A stretch of DNA of 64,000 bases, from positions 124,001 to 188,000 of the forward strand of contig NW_026782628.1 of the NCBI RefSeq assembly GCF_031769215.1. The letters run 5' to 3'. Position numbers and translations under genes: made by a program. Below the pieces are notes generated by a model, which saw nothing but the letters and a program-made list of their open reading frames with translations, did no database searches and was not told the DNA's origin. Shown here one piece after another: positions 1 through 12,768 of this stretch. Each line of letters begins with the position of its first letter. Position 1 is the first letter of the stretch. This DNA comes from Ylistrum balloti (taxonomy: Eukaryota).

Positions 1-455
1 GTTGTAGAGTAAAAGATAGACAAATGTATCATTGAAGCAATATAAAATATTAAACAGTGATGACTATCTTATCATGACATACTAATCTGACTAAGATGTA
101 TATACTGTCAACAGCCATTGTATAGTGATAATAATAATTATATAGTTAGCGGTGTGAATAATAGACTCTTTTCCAACAAGATAACTTTGATCAGTAAGTT
201 ACATTTGCGTGAACAGTGGCCTTATATCAGAGTCTGGCTCCATACTATATATAATTTTGATCTATTTCCAGATATCCTACTTTGTTTTGTGTTTTCAATT
301 TTTGTTTGTTTTGTGTTTACATTAATAATCCTTTTGTATTTGCCCAATCACTGTCTGTTTCGGTATCATGCTAACAGACTTGAGCCTCTTTTATTAGTAA
401 ATATGGACATTGTGTAGGAAAGGCAACAACTGTTTAATTCTCTGATCAATTCCTT

Positions 456-674
456 TCAAATTTGGTATGGTGATACAAGAAGCCAATAGGTTTGATGTGC
501 ATTACAGGTTTTTTCATGTGTAGTCTCTTGTGGTCTGCCAGACCTGGTTTGGTTCACATTCTGCATTAACTGTGACATAACAGAATGGCTGACATTAAAA
601 CTAGCAGCTACTTGTCTGTATGTCATAAAACATTGAACTATTCCTGAAGCTTGCCATCTTTCAGCATTTGTCAA
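456..674 (-). mobile_element. Tc1/mariner transposase N-terminal HTH remnant in an FBXL18 intron
   Basis: Translation LTNAERWQASGIVQCFMTYRQVAASFNVSHSVMSQL...QTRSGRPQETT matches the Tc1 paired-like HTH and the RSGRP linker. No catalytic domain follows. Confidence 0.65.
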
Positions 675-932
675 ATCTTTTTAAATAAAGTATAAGCATG
701 TGTACAATTTACCAGTAATAAATGTGTAAAAGCTACTTTGGGTGGTAAATGTCTTGTTAGAGTTTTTTGTATTTTTTTTGCATCTCAACATCAAAGTTTA
801 TTATACTTTATGTTATATTACTATAAGTGTGTTACTGAGGTGGTGTACAGGTGAGACCTGATTTCCAGCTTTCCTTTTGATGTGATGTTGTTCACATATA
901 TACACATGGTAAATATTTGACTTACATTACAG

Positions 933-1068
933 GGTAGAGCATGGTTACCTGTCAGTTGACTCCCATTTCTGCAAGGCAGCTCAGTCTTGCCAGACTTTAC
1001 AACGTCTGTGTGTTATGTCATCCGGTGGAACAATAGACTCTGCCTCTGTTATATCCCTTGTTGCCAAT
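933..1068 (+). CDS. FBXL18: FBXL18 internal coding exon (gene starts upstream of the window)
   Basis: AG at 931-932, GTAAGT at 1069. Encodes (R)VEHGYLSVDSHFCKAAQSCQTLQRLCVMSSGGTIDSASVISLVAN, similar to the FBXL18 C-terminal LRR region (LQRLCLVSRSGT in vertebrates, from recall). Phase 2 in, phase 0 out. Confidence 0.85.
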
Positions 1069-2713
1069 GTAAGTAACTTCTGTGTGTTAGTCTGAACATA
1101 TTGCATTCATGACTTTGCTGATGTTGTTTATAACGCAACTTTTGACATTCATTTTAAAGGTGACGTTGTTGATATTTGCTATCACAACTTGTGATGTCCA
1201 TTCTAACCATGACTTTCTTGATGTGTGTTATCAAAAGTTGTGATGTTGTTGAGGTTAGTTATCACAACTTGTGACATCCAATAGGTACATGTAAAAGGAA
1301 CAGGATTTCAAGTTTGCCAAAAAATTGTTTTAATGAACAAAATCTTCTTTGTAAGTAGAGTACTGTGGAATAGGTTTTTGACCTCTATCATATGTAAATC
1401 TTTACAGATAGATGACAGTTAAGGCCCCATGGGCCTCTTGTATATTACTTTATCTGAAATGCTGCTGTGTATCAATCGTTCATTGAAGATTTAGGAAAAG
1501 CATTTAAGGTCACAGTGGTTGAATTTGTTAAAAGTTAAAACAACCTCTTCTGACAAACCAAAAGGTGTAGAACCATGGTATTTCGCTGTTGTGTTCCCAT
1601 GATGAGGTCCAACAAAGTTTGCAAAAAGAAATGACCATGACCTTTATTCAAGGTCACAGAGGTCAAATTTGTTCAAACCTTTAAACTACTTCTGAGTACC
1701 CAAAAGGCCCAGAAGTATGCATTTTATCTGGTAGATCTCTGGGATTAAGCTGGACAAAGATTTCAAAAAGAGAAATGACATGGTAAGTCATATTCCAAAT
1801 CACAGGGGTCAAATTATTAAAACCTTTAAAAGATTTTTTCTGATAAACCAAAAGGCTTTTAAGTAAAGTATTCACGTGTTAGGTTCCAAGGATGACAAAT
1901 CAAAAGAAAAAGAAATAGCAAATACTTATAATCCAGGTGATAGCTGTCACTGTTTAGAGTTGAGTATTAGAAGCCATTTGTTATAGAAATTGGTTAAAAT
2001 TGATTGGATTTGCCCACTGTGAGTGCCAGTTGTGTACATGTCTATATATTTGTGATAAATACCATTTCTATTTTTGATGAACATCGAATACCAGATTAGC
2101 CTTTAGGCATCTTGTTTTTTTAATTTGTAGGTAATGAAATTGAAATGTGTTCACAATTATCCTGTTATCCCTCCTAGTATGCAACTTTTTAGACCTGTGT
2201 AAACCAGACACAATAATGACACTAGTTTAGTTGTATGAAGGAGTCTTTTGCAAAACTAAGAGTACCAGTATGTATGTTTGTACTTACACAATATATTCAT
2301 CAATCGTGATGAATTTCAACATAAATACATACTTATATTCATTTAGAGTGATCAATAATAATAAGTGTGGTAGAATTGATTTTTTCATTGAACTCTTCAA
2401 CTCATCATCTGTAATTTAAGAATATTCAAAATGAATGGAATTTTAACTGAATGTTTGTTAATGGGAGGTGGGGGTAATGCCAGCACAGCTTTTATTGGAA
2501 CTTGAATAAGATATATTTCAGCAATGAAACGTGGTCAGATTATCGAAGTTAGTCAAGATGTACTGCAGTCATTAACATAAAAACTAGGATTATTAAATAA
2601 ATTATTTGTAATTATTTTATACCAATAACAAAAAAAAAGAACAATGCATTATCATATGCATCTAACTCTCATTTCATATACAATGGATATTAATGGGTTT
2701 TTATTCTTTTCAG

Positions 2714-2796
2714 CGTCCCTCCCTTGTTGCTCTACAATTGTTTACAGAGACCAACAAGACTCACTGTAGACGACTCCAGAAAGCTATTGAGGACAG
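2714..2796 (+). CDS. FBXL18: FBXL18 penultimate coding exon
   Basis: ttttcag acceptor, GTAGGG donor at 2797. Encodes RPSLVALQLFTETNKTHCRRLQKAIED(R). 83 nt, phase 0 in and phase 2 out, compatible with both neighbouring exons. Confidence 0.85.
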
Positions 2797-3490
2797 GTAG
2801 GGTATTAATTTGTCTCATTCCAGAAAGCTATTAAGAACAGGAAGGGGATTAATTTGTCTCATTCCAATAAGCTATTGCGGACAGGTAGGGTATTGATTTG
2901 TCTCATTCCAGTAAGCTTTTGAGGACAGGTAGGGTATTAATTTGTCTCATTCCAGTAAGCTTTTGAGGACAGGTAGAGTATCAATTTGTCTCATTCCTGC
3001 AAGCTATTGCGGACAGGTAGGGTATTAATTTGTCTCATTCCTGCAAGCTATTGCGGACAGATAGGGTATTAATTTGTCTCATTCCAGTAAGCTTTTGAGG
3101 ACAGGTAGGGTATTAATTTGTCTTATTCCTGCAAGCTATTGCGGACAGGTAGGGTATTGATTTGTCTCATTCCAGTAAGCTTTTGAGGACAGGGAGGGTA
3201 TTAATTTGTCTCATTCCAGCAAGCTATTAAGGACAGGAAGGGGATTAATTTGTCTCATTCCTGCAAGCTATTGCGGACAGGTAGGGTATTAATTTGTCTC
3301 ATTCCAGTAAGCTTTTGAGGACAGGTAGGGTATTAATTTGTCTTATTCCTGCAAGCTATTGCGGACAGGTAGGGTATTAATTTGTCTCATTCCTGCAAGC
3401 TATTGCGGACAGGTAGGGTATTAATTTGTCTCATTCCAGTAAGCTTTTGAGGACAGGTAGGGTATTAATTTGTCTCATTCCAGTAAGCTA
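2775..3490 (+). repeat. 44-bp minisatellite, about 16 copies, starting inside the FBXL18 exon and containing its splice donor
   Basis: Unit tccagaaagctattgaggacag|gtagggtattaatttgtctcat. The first copy is the last 22 nt of the exon plus the first 22 nt of the intron. Confidence 0.97.
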
Positions 3491-3734
3491 TGGAGAACGA
3501 GTATTAGCCTGTCACACTCATTTAGAAGCAATATTTCTTCTATATCTACTTAGAAAAAGAATGTCAATAAAAACTGACATAAGTTTATGGTTGTATTTGT
3601 TGGGGGAGATTTATGACTTTATGATTTCACCTTTAAAACTTAGCATTGGTTGAATTTACACAAACTTTGGTTGGATGAGAAAGAAGAGAGGGAGGAAGTG
3701 CAATTTGAATATAGAATCTAGGCCTAAATTTTTG

Positions 3735-4102
3735 TTATTTGTTTGACAGGTATGTTTTTTGTTTGACAGGTATGTTATTTGTTTGACAGGTATGTTTTTT
3801 GTTTGACAGGTATGTTTTTTGTTTGACAGGTATGTTATTTGTTTGACAGGTATGTTTTTTGTTTGACAGGTATGTTATTTGTTTGACAGGTATGTTTTTT
3901 GTTGACAGGTATGTTTTTTGTTGACAGGTATGTTATTTGTTTGACAGGTATGTTATTTGTTTGACAGGTATGTTTTTTGTTGACAGGTATGTTTTGTTTG
4001 ACAGGTATGTTATTTGTTTGACAGGTATGTTTTTTGTTTGACAGGTATGTTTTTTGTTGGCAGGTATGTTTTTTGTTTAACAGGTATGTTTTTTGTTGAC
4101 AG
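3735..4102 (+). repeat. 18-20-bp minisatellite; 18 CAGGTATG units ending in the real FBXL18 acceptor
   Basis: Unit tttgtttgacaggtatgtt(t/a). The final ttgacag is the acceptor of the terminal exon. Confidence 0.97.
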
Positions 4103-4259
4103 GTTTGGTTCAGCACGTCCTGCTTTGAGGGTGTCAATCTGGCCGCTGTTTGATACAGATACACCCAGTATGATGAACAACATTCCGACTAAACATCTTG
4201 AGGAACTTACAGTATTTAGTTCCAGAATTAGTGACAGTCCACCAAACTGGAAGTGGTGA
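4103..4259 (+). CDS. FBXL18: FBXL18 terminal coding exon
   Basis: AG at 4101-4102. Encodes (R)FGSARPALRVSIWPLFDTDTPSMMNNIPTKHLEELTVFSSRISDSPPNWKW*, matching the FBXL18 C-terminus (RPALNVVIFPL...HLDEITLFKSRVAEEPPNLWW, from recall). AATAAA motifs follow near 4306 and 4405. Confidence 0.9.
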
Positions 4260-4892
4260 CTTCAGTCAATAGAACAAAAGAGACAAGATTGTGGTGGCTG
4301 GAAGCAATAAAATCACACTTGAAATCAGTCAGTCTCTGGCTTCAACAGGTAAACAGCTAGCCAAAATTCTCTAAGAGGCCAATCAAGTGATAGTACACTA
4401 AAAAATAAAGATGATGATTTGAAATGTTTGACATATGAAATCTAATCAGCCTACTACTGTATGTACTAAATAACACTATATAATAGGAAAAGATAATGAT
4501 GTTGGTACAAGAAACTTAAAAAGTGAAACACTTGATGTATTTGAAAAAAAAGAAATTGTAAATTTCAGTCATAATAAATCGCTGGATAGTAATAGAAGGT
4601 AAAGTTGTCAAGGTAGGAATATTGTATTCTTGAATTGGTGAATTATGCCACCCTTTCACTACTTTGCCCTTTCCTCACCTGAAAAACGGAAATGAAAGGT
4701 AGACTTGTCAGCAATAATGCTCAACTAGGATTCTGAACATGTAATGGGAGTCTGATATCAGAAAATGAGAAAATTCAAGCCAGATACTATCACAATCTGT
4801 TGTAAACAAAACAAAAAATGTAGGATGTTTTATAATGTGGAAAAAATGAATTACTAAGTTGTTGTCACACATACATGTTGTGAGAAATGTAA

Positions 4893-6378
4893 TGCTCCAG
4901 TACGGTGACACATAGGTACTCGCGATGAGGCCTGCTCCAGTACAGTGACACAGAGGTACTCACGGTGAGGCCTGCTCCAGTACGGTGACACATAGGTATT
5001 CACGATGAGACCTGCACCAGTACGGTGACACATAGGTACTCACGATGAGGCCTGCTCCAGTACGGTGACACAAAGGTACTCACGATGAGGCCTGCACCAG
5101 TACGGCGGCAAATGGTTTCTCAAGATGAGGCCTGCTCCAGTAGGGTGACACAAAGGTACTCACGATGAGGCCTGCTCCAGTACGGTGGCACATAGGTAAT
5201 CACGATGAGACGTGCTCCAGTACGGTTGCACATAGGTACTCACGATGAGACCTGCTCAAGTACGGTGACACATAGGTACTCATGATGAGGCCTGCTCCAG
5301 TACGGTGACACAAAGGTACTCACGATGAGGCCTGCACCAGTACGGCGGCAAATGGTTTCTCAAGATGATGTCTGCTCCAGTAGGGTGACACAAAGGTACT
5401 CACGATGAGGCCTGCTCCAGTACGGTAGCACATAGGTACTCACGATGAGGCCTGCTCCAGTACGGTGGCACATAGGTACTCACGATGAGACGTGCTCCAG
5501 TACGGTTGCACATAGGTACTCACGATGAGACCTGCTCAAGTACGGTGACACATAGGTACTCATGATGAGGCCTGCACCAGTACGGCGGCACATAATTTCT
5601 CAAGTTGAGGCCTGCTCCAGTACGGTGGCACATAGGTACTCACGATGAGACGTGCTCAAGTACGGTGGCACATAGGTACTCACGATGAGGCCTGCTCAAG
5701 TACGGTGACACATAGGTACTCATGATGAGGCCTGCACCAGTACGGCGGCACATAGTTTTCAGAAGTTGAGGCCTGCTCCAGTACGGTGGCACATAGGTAC
5801 TCACGATGAGGCCTGCTCCAGTACGGTGACACCTAGGTACTCACGATAAGACCTGCTCCAGTACGGTGACACCTAGGTACTAAGGACGAGACCTGCACCA
5901 GTACGGTTGCACATAGGTATTCACGATGAGGCCTGCTCAAGTACGGTGACACATAGGTACTCATGATGAGGCCTGCACCAGTACGGCGGCACATAATTTC
6001 TCAAGTTGAGGCCTGCTCCAGTACGGTGGCACATAGGTACTCACGATGAGACGTGCTCAAGTACGGTGGCACATAGGTACTCACGATGAGGCCTGCTCAA
6101 GTACGGTGACACATAGGTACTCATGATGAGGCCTGCACCAGTACGGCGGCACATAGTTTTCAGAAGTTGAGGCCTGCTCCAGTACGGTGGCACATAGGTA
6201 CTCACGATGAGGCCTGCTCCAGTACGGTGACACCTAGGTACTCACGATAAGACCTGCTCCAGTACGGTGACACCTAGGTACTAAGGACGAGACCTGCACC
6301 AGTACAGTTGCACATAGGTATTCACGATGAGGCCTGCACCAGTATGGTGACACATAGGTATTCCGGATGAAACCTGCT
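4893..6378. repeat. 40-bp minisatellite, about 36 copies, with higher-order duplications
   Basis: Unit ctccagtacggtgacacataggtactcacgatgaggcctg. Variant units recur at 240-bp and 401-bp offsets. Confidence 0.97.
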
Positions 6379-7089
6379 ACGATGAAGATGATAAAACATA
6401 CATGGTCATGCCATCATTTCAGTACTTCTGTCCACTTTGGACTAGTTAAAGTGGATGTGACAGAATGTCATCGAGTACATTGTGTTGTAGTGATGGGTGT
6501 CCGTATAAAGCTGTCCTTGATCAGCGTCAGAGATCAGAGCCTCTATAGTCACAGCTCAACAGCTCTGTTTTCCCTATCCCTAACCCTAGGCCTTACAGCA
6601 GTATGTAATTTTAAATCAGCTCCTTAATGACTTTCATGACCTTTGGTCAACGACAAACTACATCTTGGCTAGTCTGAGCAAGCATAATATGACCCAGAGT
6701 TAATTTTGGTATGGGCTTCATTTTGAAATTCATTCGAGAAAGAAAATTTATTAAATATGGTAAGGTTTTGAATTATACAATGAAAACTGCTTAATATCAT
6801 TTGTCATTAAATTATCAGAAGTAATAAAAAATGGAACCTGACATTGAGAGTTGGCACGTTATTTCAGAAGTCTAAACCTGGAATGAACTTTCTGATTCAC
6901 CATACTGACCTGCTTTGTTTTGCCATGTTGCACAGGTAATTATTTTCGTTTTTTATATATTTATTTCTTTAATGTGTGCAAAAAAAATATCAAGAAAATA
7001 CAAACATAGCAACATAATCATAATTCAAACTCGAATGCTCTAAAACTAGAGCAAAATATGAACAAAAGAAAGGTTTACACGAACACACC

Positions 7090-9030
7090 TGAAAAATTCA
7101 AGGAGAATAAGACCAAGTGTTCCGGAAGAGTAAGCGTCTTCTGCTTCATCGACGACACCCGCCAAGTAAACTCTGGTCAACCCAAGTAAGTTATGTCACG
7201 TTCTAAAATTAGAACAAGGTATCCGAAAACAGGCAAACTAACGAGCATCATATACGTCCAGCTTCATGTCGCACAAAATAGAATTTTTGTCAATGAAATC
7301 ACTGATGACCATAAAACTTCCACATAATTTTCGTTAACTTGCATCTTTTGAACCATTGTGTTACGAGTTTGTCGGTCAGTTGACGACTTCTTGCACGAAA
7401 AGCGTCTCCACAAGTTGGAGATGCCGGTATATTGCTATCTAGAAATTGAAAATTCACAATAGAGAAATTGAAATGAACACATTTATCATACGACTTGATA
7501 GGAAGCTGTCCATGTTGGTTTTGTTGTATGAAAAGTTCGAGATAAGCAGCTGATGTAGAAGAGTCTGTCGCATCTTTTCTATTTCCAGTTCTGGTGGATG
7601 TACACGATGGATGTAGGCAATAAATTTCTTGTTACCTAAAGACAAAACTTCAGCAATATATCTGAAGTTTAAATTAAACGACTTGGCAAGGTATTTGTAA
7701 CCTGTTTTGATAAGCTCTTCAAAAAATTCAGCCTCGTATGAAAACAAAAACAAGTCAGCCAACAGAGGGTCGCAGTTGGTTCCCATAGGTTTGCCAAAAG
7801 TCTGTTTGAAGATCTTACCACCATACTCGACGATGATGTTGTTAACCAAAATCTCTATCGTTTTATGATTTCATTCAGATTTATTCTTTGATTTTGATGT
7901 GCCTCGGTATAGTTCATAACAATATATTTATATCGCCGTTCACCTTTCTTGGAGAAGAAAGCTCTCATAACAAGAGAACGAAGAGTTCCCTGAGTTTCGA
8001 ATCGGGGTATGGTGGTGTAAAGGGTGGAAAAATCAAATGTTCTTATAGAAGAAATGTTTTTAGAAGAGGGTGTTGAAGATTGGTCAAAAGCTCTTTGAAG
8101 TTCTTAAAAATCCACATACTATTAATTCCACTTTTGAGTATCACAATAAGTCCATACCCCAGATCTCATAGGACTTAGAATGGTGGTTAGTTGTTTTGAC
8201 AAAGGCTTGTTTGAATAGTTAAACGAGCTAGCAATAAAACATTGTGAAGTTAATATATAATATAAACCGGGGAGGTCCGTATCCTTATCAGCAACAGGCA
8301 ATCTAAAGGATTGTAATACCGGACCAGGCTTAGTCAGTATCTTATCTTTTGAAAGATTGCATAATTTATAGGTGGGGTTTCCTTCGTTATCAAGCAAGTC
8401 CAGTTCTTTTTATATCCAGGAAATGTAATAATGTTTGCAGACAAAGATCAAGTTATTGGACGCCGTACCTGCAGGCACAATTACATACCTGCCATGTAAA
8501 TATTGAAGTGTGGATTTAACATGAGGATCGAGGAAAGCGAACCTGTGTTTTGTTTTCATTTCCGATTTCAAGCTGCAATTTTTTTTATTAATGATGGACC
8601 CAATAGACTTAACCCACTCAGAAAATAAATCCAACAAAGCATGTTCTCGTTTCGCCCATTCGTTGGCATAGTTTTCAACAGAATCCATAAATATCTTGAA
8701 ATTCACATCCAAATTAACGGACGGGGTTTCACGCTACATAGGACCTTTCTTGAAAAGCTCTCGTAGCTTAATATTTATAATAATGCTTAACTCACCAGTT
8801 GGACCTTAGTTATAAGCAGAGGTAGAACAAGAACAGGCTGACGGAAGATTAGTGCTGACGTCATCTACATCCAGTTGCTGCACCGTTTGTTTGAAGTTGC
8901 AAAGTTTTGATGCAATGGGCTTAGAGCAACTGTAGGACGTTACAAGAGTGTTTCTGCTTTGAAAGTATTGTGGAATGTTAACCTGAGCAGACTTCTGGTG
9001 TAAAACATTGCTGATGTTTACAGCATAAAC
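7090..9030 (-). mobile_element. Degenerate Penelope-like retroelement RT (resembles the Naiad/Chlamys group)
   Basis: Collinear fragments with stops and frameshifts: FKIFMDSVENYANEWAKRE...SEWVKS, YVIVPAGTASNNLIFVCKHYY, GNPTYKL...DLPGLY, NNIIVEYGGKIFKQTFGKPMGTNCDPLLADLFLFSYE, and FRYIAEVLSL (decayed YIDD). The subgroup assignment is inference. Confidence 0.85.
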
Positions 9031-9825
9031 TCCTATCTGTACAAACTCAAAATGGTATTATAAATTATTATGAAAGAATATACAATGTTTAAAGTGCACA
9101 TGGTAATTTGTGGAAGTTCTGTCTGCATGCCCATTGTCTGTCATCAGCTGACATTTAGCCTCAGAATTGTGATGTTGATACATCTGCAATATGCTTATTT
9201 GCTTCGAATAATTACATATTTTCTTTGAGCCATTGGCAACAAAAATAACAACTGAGTGACAAAATATGTATTTGAGTAAAAATTCTGTTACTAACTACAC
9301 GTTTGTGACACAAAATGTGTTCGTACATATTTTGTTGACGAAAACGTGCCGCTTGTTACACTGTTTTGTCAGCCCGTTTTTCGGACATCATACAAATCAG
9401 ATACACCGAAACATAGCATTAGGAAAATCCTGTTTGAGAGCAGAATTTTCATGGTCACTTAACACAATATTTAAAAAGATGGATGACTTCAAAATAAAAA
9501 AAAAACATAACAGATAACTGATATGTACCTGAATGAATGCTTTGGTAAAGCTGATTAGCAAAGACGTAAACGGCGCCGTGAACTTTCAGCTCAGGTATGC
9601 TCACTTTCACATTCATTAATTCAGACTTATGTGAAACTTGAAGTGCAAATATTCTTTTTAAAGGTCTTTAGTTTTGTAGTAGAAGCGTGTGCACATAACT
9701 TAAGGGTATCAACACTATCATTTACAATATTCACATGACCATGAGTTATTGTAAAACGAAACGCAGTTTAAATTACATCTACACATTAAACTACAATCGG
9801 CTCAAGTAAGAGATGCTAGTGTGAA

Positions 9826-10998
9826 AGGGGTTCCCACTGGGGTATATGTTAGTAATATTAGGGTATAACGGGTTCCCACTGGGGTATATGTTAGTAATAT
9901 TAGGGTATAACGGGTTCCCACTGGGGTATATGTTAGTAATATTAGGGTATAACGGGTTCCCACTGGGGTATATGTTAGTAATATTAGGGTATAACGGGTT
10001 CCCACTGGGGTATATGTTAGTTATATTAGGGTATAACGGGTTCCCACTGTGGTATATGTTAGTAATATTAGGGTATAACGGGTTCCCACTGTGGTATATG
10101 TTAGTAATATTAGGGTATAACGGGTTCCCACTGGGGTATATGTTAGTAATATTAGGGTATAACGCGTTCCCACTGGGGTATATGTTAGAAATATTAGTGT
10201 ATAACGGGTTCCCACTGGGGTATATGTTAGTTATACTAGTGTATAACGGGTTCCCACTGGGGTATATGTTAGTTATATTAGGGTATAACGGGTTCCCACT
10301 GTGGTATATGTTAGTAATATTAGTGTATAACGGGTTCCCACTGGGGTATATGTTAGTAATATTGGGGTATAACGGGTTCCCACTGGGGTATATGTTAGTA
10401 ATATTGGGGTATAACGGGTTCCCACTGGGGTATATGTTAGTAATATTGGGGTATAACGGGTTCCCACTGGGGTATATGTTAGTAATATTGGGGTATAACG
10501 GGTTCCCACTGGGGTATATGTTAGTTATATTAGGGTATAACGGGTTCCCACTGTGGTATATGTTAGTAATATTAGGGTATAACGGGTTCCCACTGTGGTA
10601 TATGTTAGTAATATTAGGGTATAACGGGTTCCCACTGTGGTATATGTTAGTAATATTAGGGTATAACGGGTTCCCACTGTGGTATATGTTAATAATATTA
10701 GTGTATAACGGGTTCCCACTGGGGTATATGTTAGTTATATTAGTGTATAACGGGTTCCCACTGGGGTATATGTTAGTAATATTAGGGTATAACGGGTTCC
10801 CACTGGGGTATATGTTAGTTATATTAGGGTATAACGGGTTCCCACTGTGGTATATGTTAATAATATTAGTGTATAACGCGTTCCCACTGGGGTATGTGTT
10901 AGTAATATTAGGGTATAACGGGTTCCCACTGGGGTATGTGTTAGTAATATTAGTGTCTAACGGATTACCACTGGGATGTATGTTAGAAATATTAGTGT
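9826..10998. repeat. 42-bp minisatellite, about 28 copies
   Basis: Unit gggttcccactggggtatatgttagtaatattagggtataac. Explains the 403-aa and 395-aa repetitive ORFs. Confidence 0.97.
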
Positions 10999-11369
10999 GC
11001 ATGTGTGACTGTAATGAGGATTTTTTCAGCTAAAACATGAGAATGAAAGAACATTAAAAATCAATGTTGAATACCATTTGGTTGTTTCAGTGAAACGTTA
11101 CAAAGATCGAATGTATCGGTAGCAGCCGTTTTCAATGAAATGTGTAGATACGGAACTGTCAGTTATCTGTGTCCATAACATATGACTTAGTTATCATGTA
11201 CAAGTATTGATAAATTAAACATTATCAGTCTTATTGGAAAGGTCGCGTGTGTAATTTATGTGCATGAAGTCAAGCCTTGATAAAAATTAAATGGTTCTCA
11301 CAATTTGTTTTTATTGGTTTAGGATGGCGACATTTAGCAACAATAGTGTTTCGACCCCGGTTATCTGCA

Positions 11370-12060
11370 GCTCATCCCAGACAAAGCTTTAAGTGACCAG
11401 TTATTTTAATCGCCTTTTCGTCATTTGTTTGCTATCGTACAGCGTCCATGGTGCGTCAGGCCACATCTGTCGTGTGCAGAAATGGTTAACATATTTTCCC
11501 CCTTCTCGAACACCCCATTAACCAATTTCAATAAAATTTTGAACCTGCATTGCTAATTATATGGTCTTCGCCTCCAGGGAATTTGAGGGGTAGAGTCAAA
11601 ATAGTCACTTTGACTGATTCTTTTCAGAACCATGTAAGGTAGAGTTAAATACTTTTACTAGATGGGAACGTCTTAAGGACCTTTAAAACCGGACTCCATA
11701 TTTACTAGGGAGAGTGAATCTTACTGTATTCTGTATAGAAAAGTGAAACTTTTTAGTAAATTTTGTTCTTTTTCAATTGAAAACCATTCAAACGCCATTG
11801 ATTATTCAATCTGGAGATGTAGTTTTGACCCTAGTTCATCCCCAGAGACTCAAGAGGCGGAGCCCTGAAGGGGTCTAAATTGACTTAAAACTTCAACAAT
11901 CCTATTCTCGAGAACAAATTACACAGAAAACAACTTCTCTTCACAAGTGAAAAAATCTTAAGCTTAAGTGTGAACTTGATAAGCCCTCAGCTTCTTGTTT
12001 GACTTTAAGCAGGGTAAAGATTACTATACATAATTCAGGGAAATTACACATTTGAGCATA
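11370..12060 (+). mobile_element. Degenerate dispersed non-autonomous repeat (Helentron/HINE-like mollusc family)
   Basis: Decayed motifs (agctca...gctttaagtgacc, ccaatttcaataaaattt, tttgacc) resemble abundant bivalve non-autonomous elements as recalled. Related fragments occur at about 1400-1900, 14840-15050 and 29450-30450. Non-coding. Confidence 0.35.
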
Positions 12061-12470
12061 ATTTGTTTCCAATGGAATACTTTGTCTAAATGATAGGTAT
12101 ATGATGATAACAGGATATCTTATCTATTGAATTATCATTTACAGATCGAATTGTCCCAAAAAGAAAAGTTGAAATCATGAAATTGATTATAAACTTTATT
12201 TCATCACATACTGAATAACGTCACAAAACAGATGACGTAAAAAGAATCGAACCCGGAAACAATTCTTTGTAATTTTCTATAAACCCATTTTCAATCTCAA
12301 ATTAGCACTGTGTTCTATGACTAGCCAGATAATTAAACTTTTAGAGAGCATAAACGTATCTAGAGCGAAGAATTACTTCATTTAAAACGCACGTTACACA
12401 AATGCAAGCAAACTTGTAGATTAGAAAATATTAGACAGTAACTGAAGGTTTGGTCCACTGGGAGAAAATA

Positions 12471-12755
12471 ACACGTGTTGACCTACAGTAACTGAATATT
12501 TGTCGAAAATAATACGTGTTGACCTACAGTAACTGAATATTTGTCGAAAATAATACGTGTTGACCTACAGTAACTGAATATTTGGTCAAGTGGTGACAGG
12601 AATACGTGTTGACCTACAGTAACTAAAGTTTTGGTCAATTGGAGACAGTAATGCGTGCTGACCTACAGTAACTGGTTTGGTCAATTGGAGACAGTAATGC
12701 GTGTTGACCTACAGTAACTGAAGGTTTGGTCAAGTGGCGACAGTAATGCGTGTTC
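12471..12755. repeat. 41-44-bp minisatellite, about 6-7 copies, abutting the glycosyltransferase stop codon
   Basis: Repeated core acgtgttgacctacagtaactga. Confidence 0.9.
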
Positions 12756-12768
12756 TCAAAACACAACA

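Noticed and set aside
6572-6592. Interstitial telomere (ccctatccctaaccctagg)
   Set aside because: Only one exact CCCTAA unit; too short to be meaningful.
9791-11033. 403-aa and 395-aa repeat ORFs
   Set aside because: Translations of a 42-bp minisatellite on both strands with no unique flanking coding sequence.
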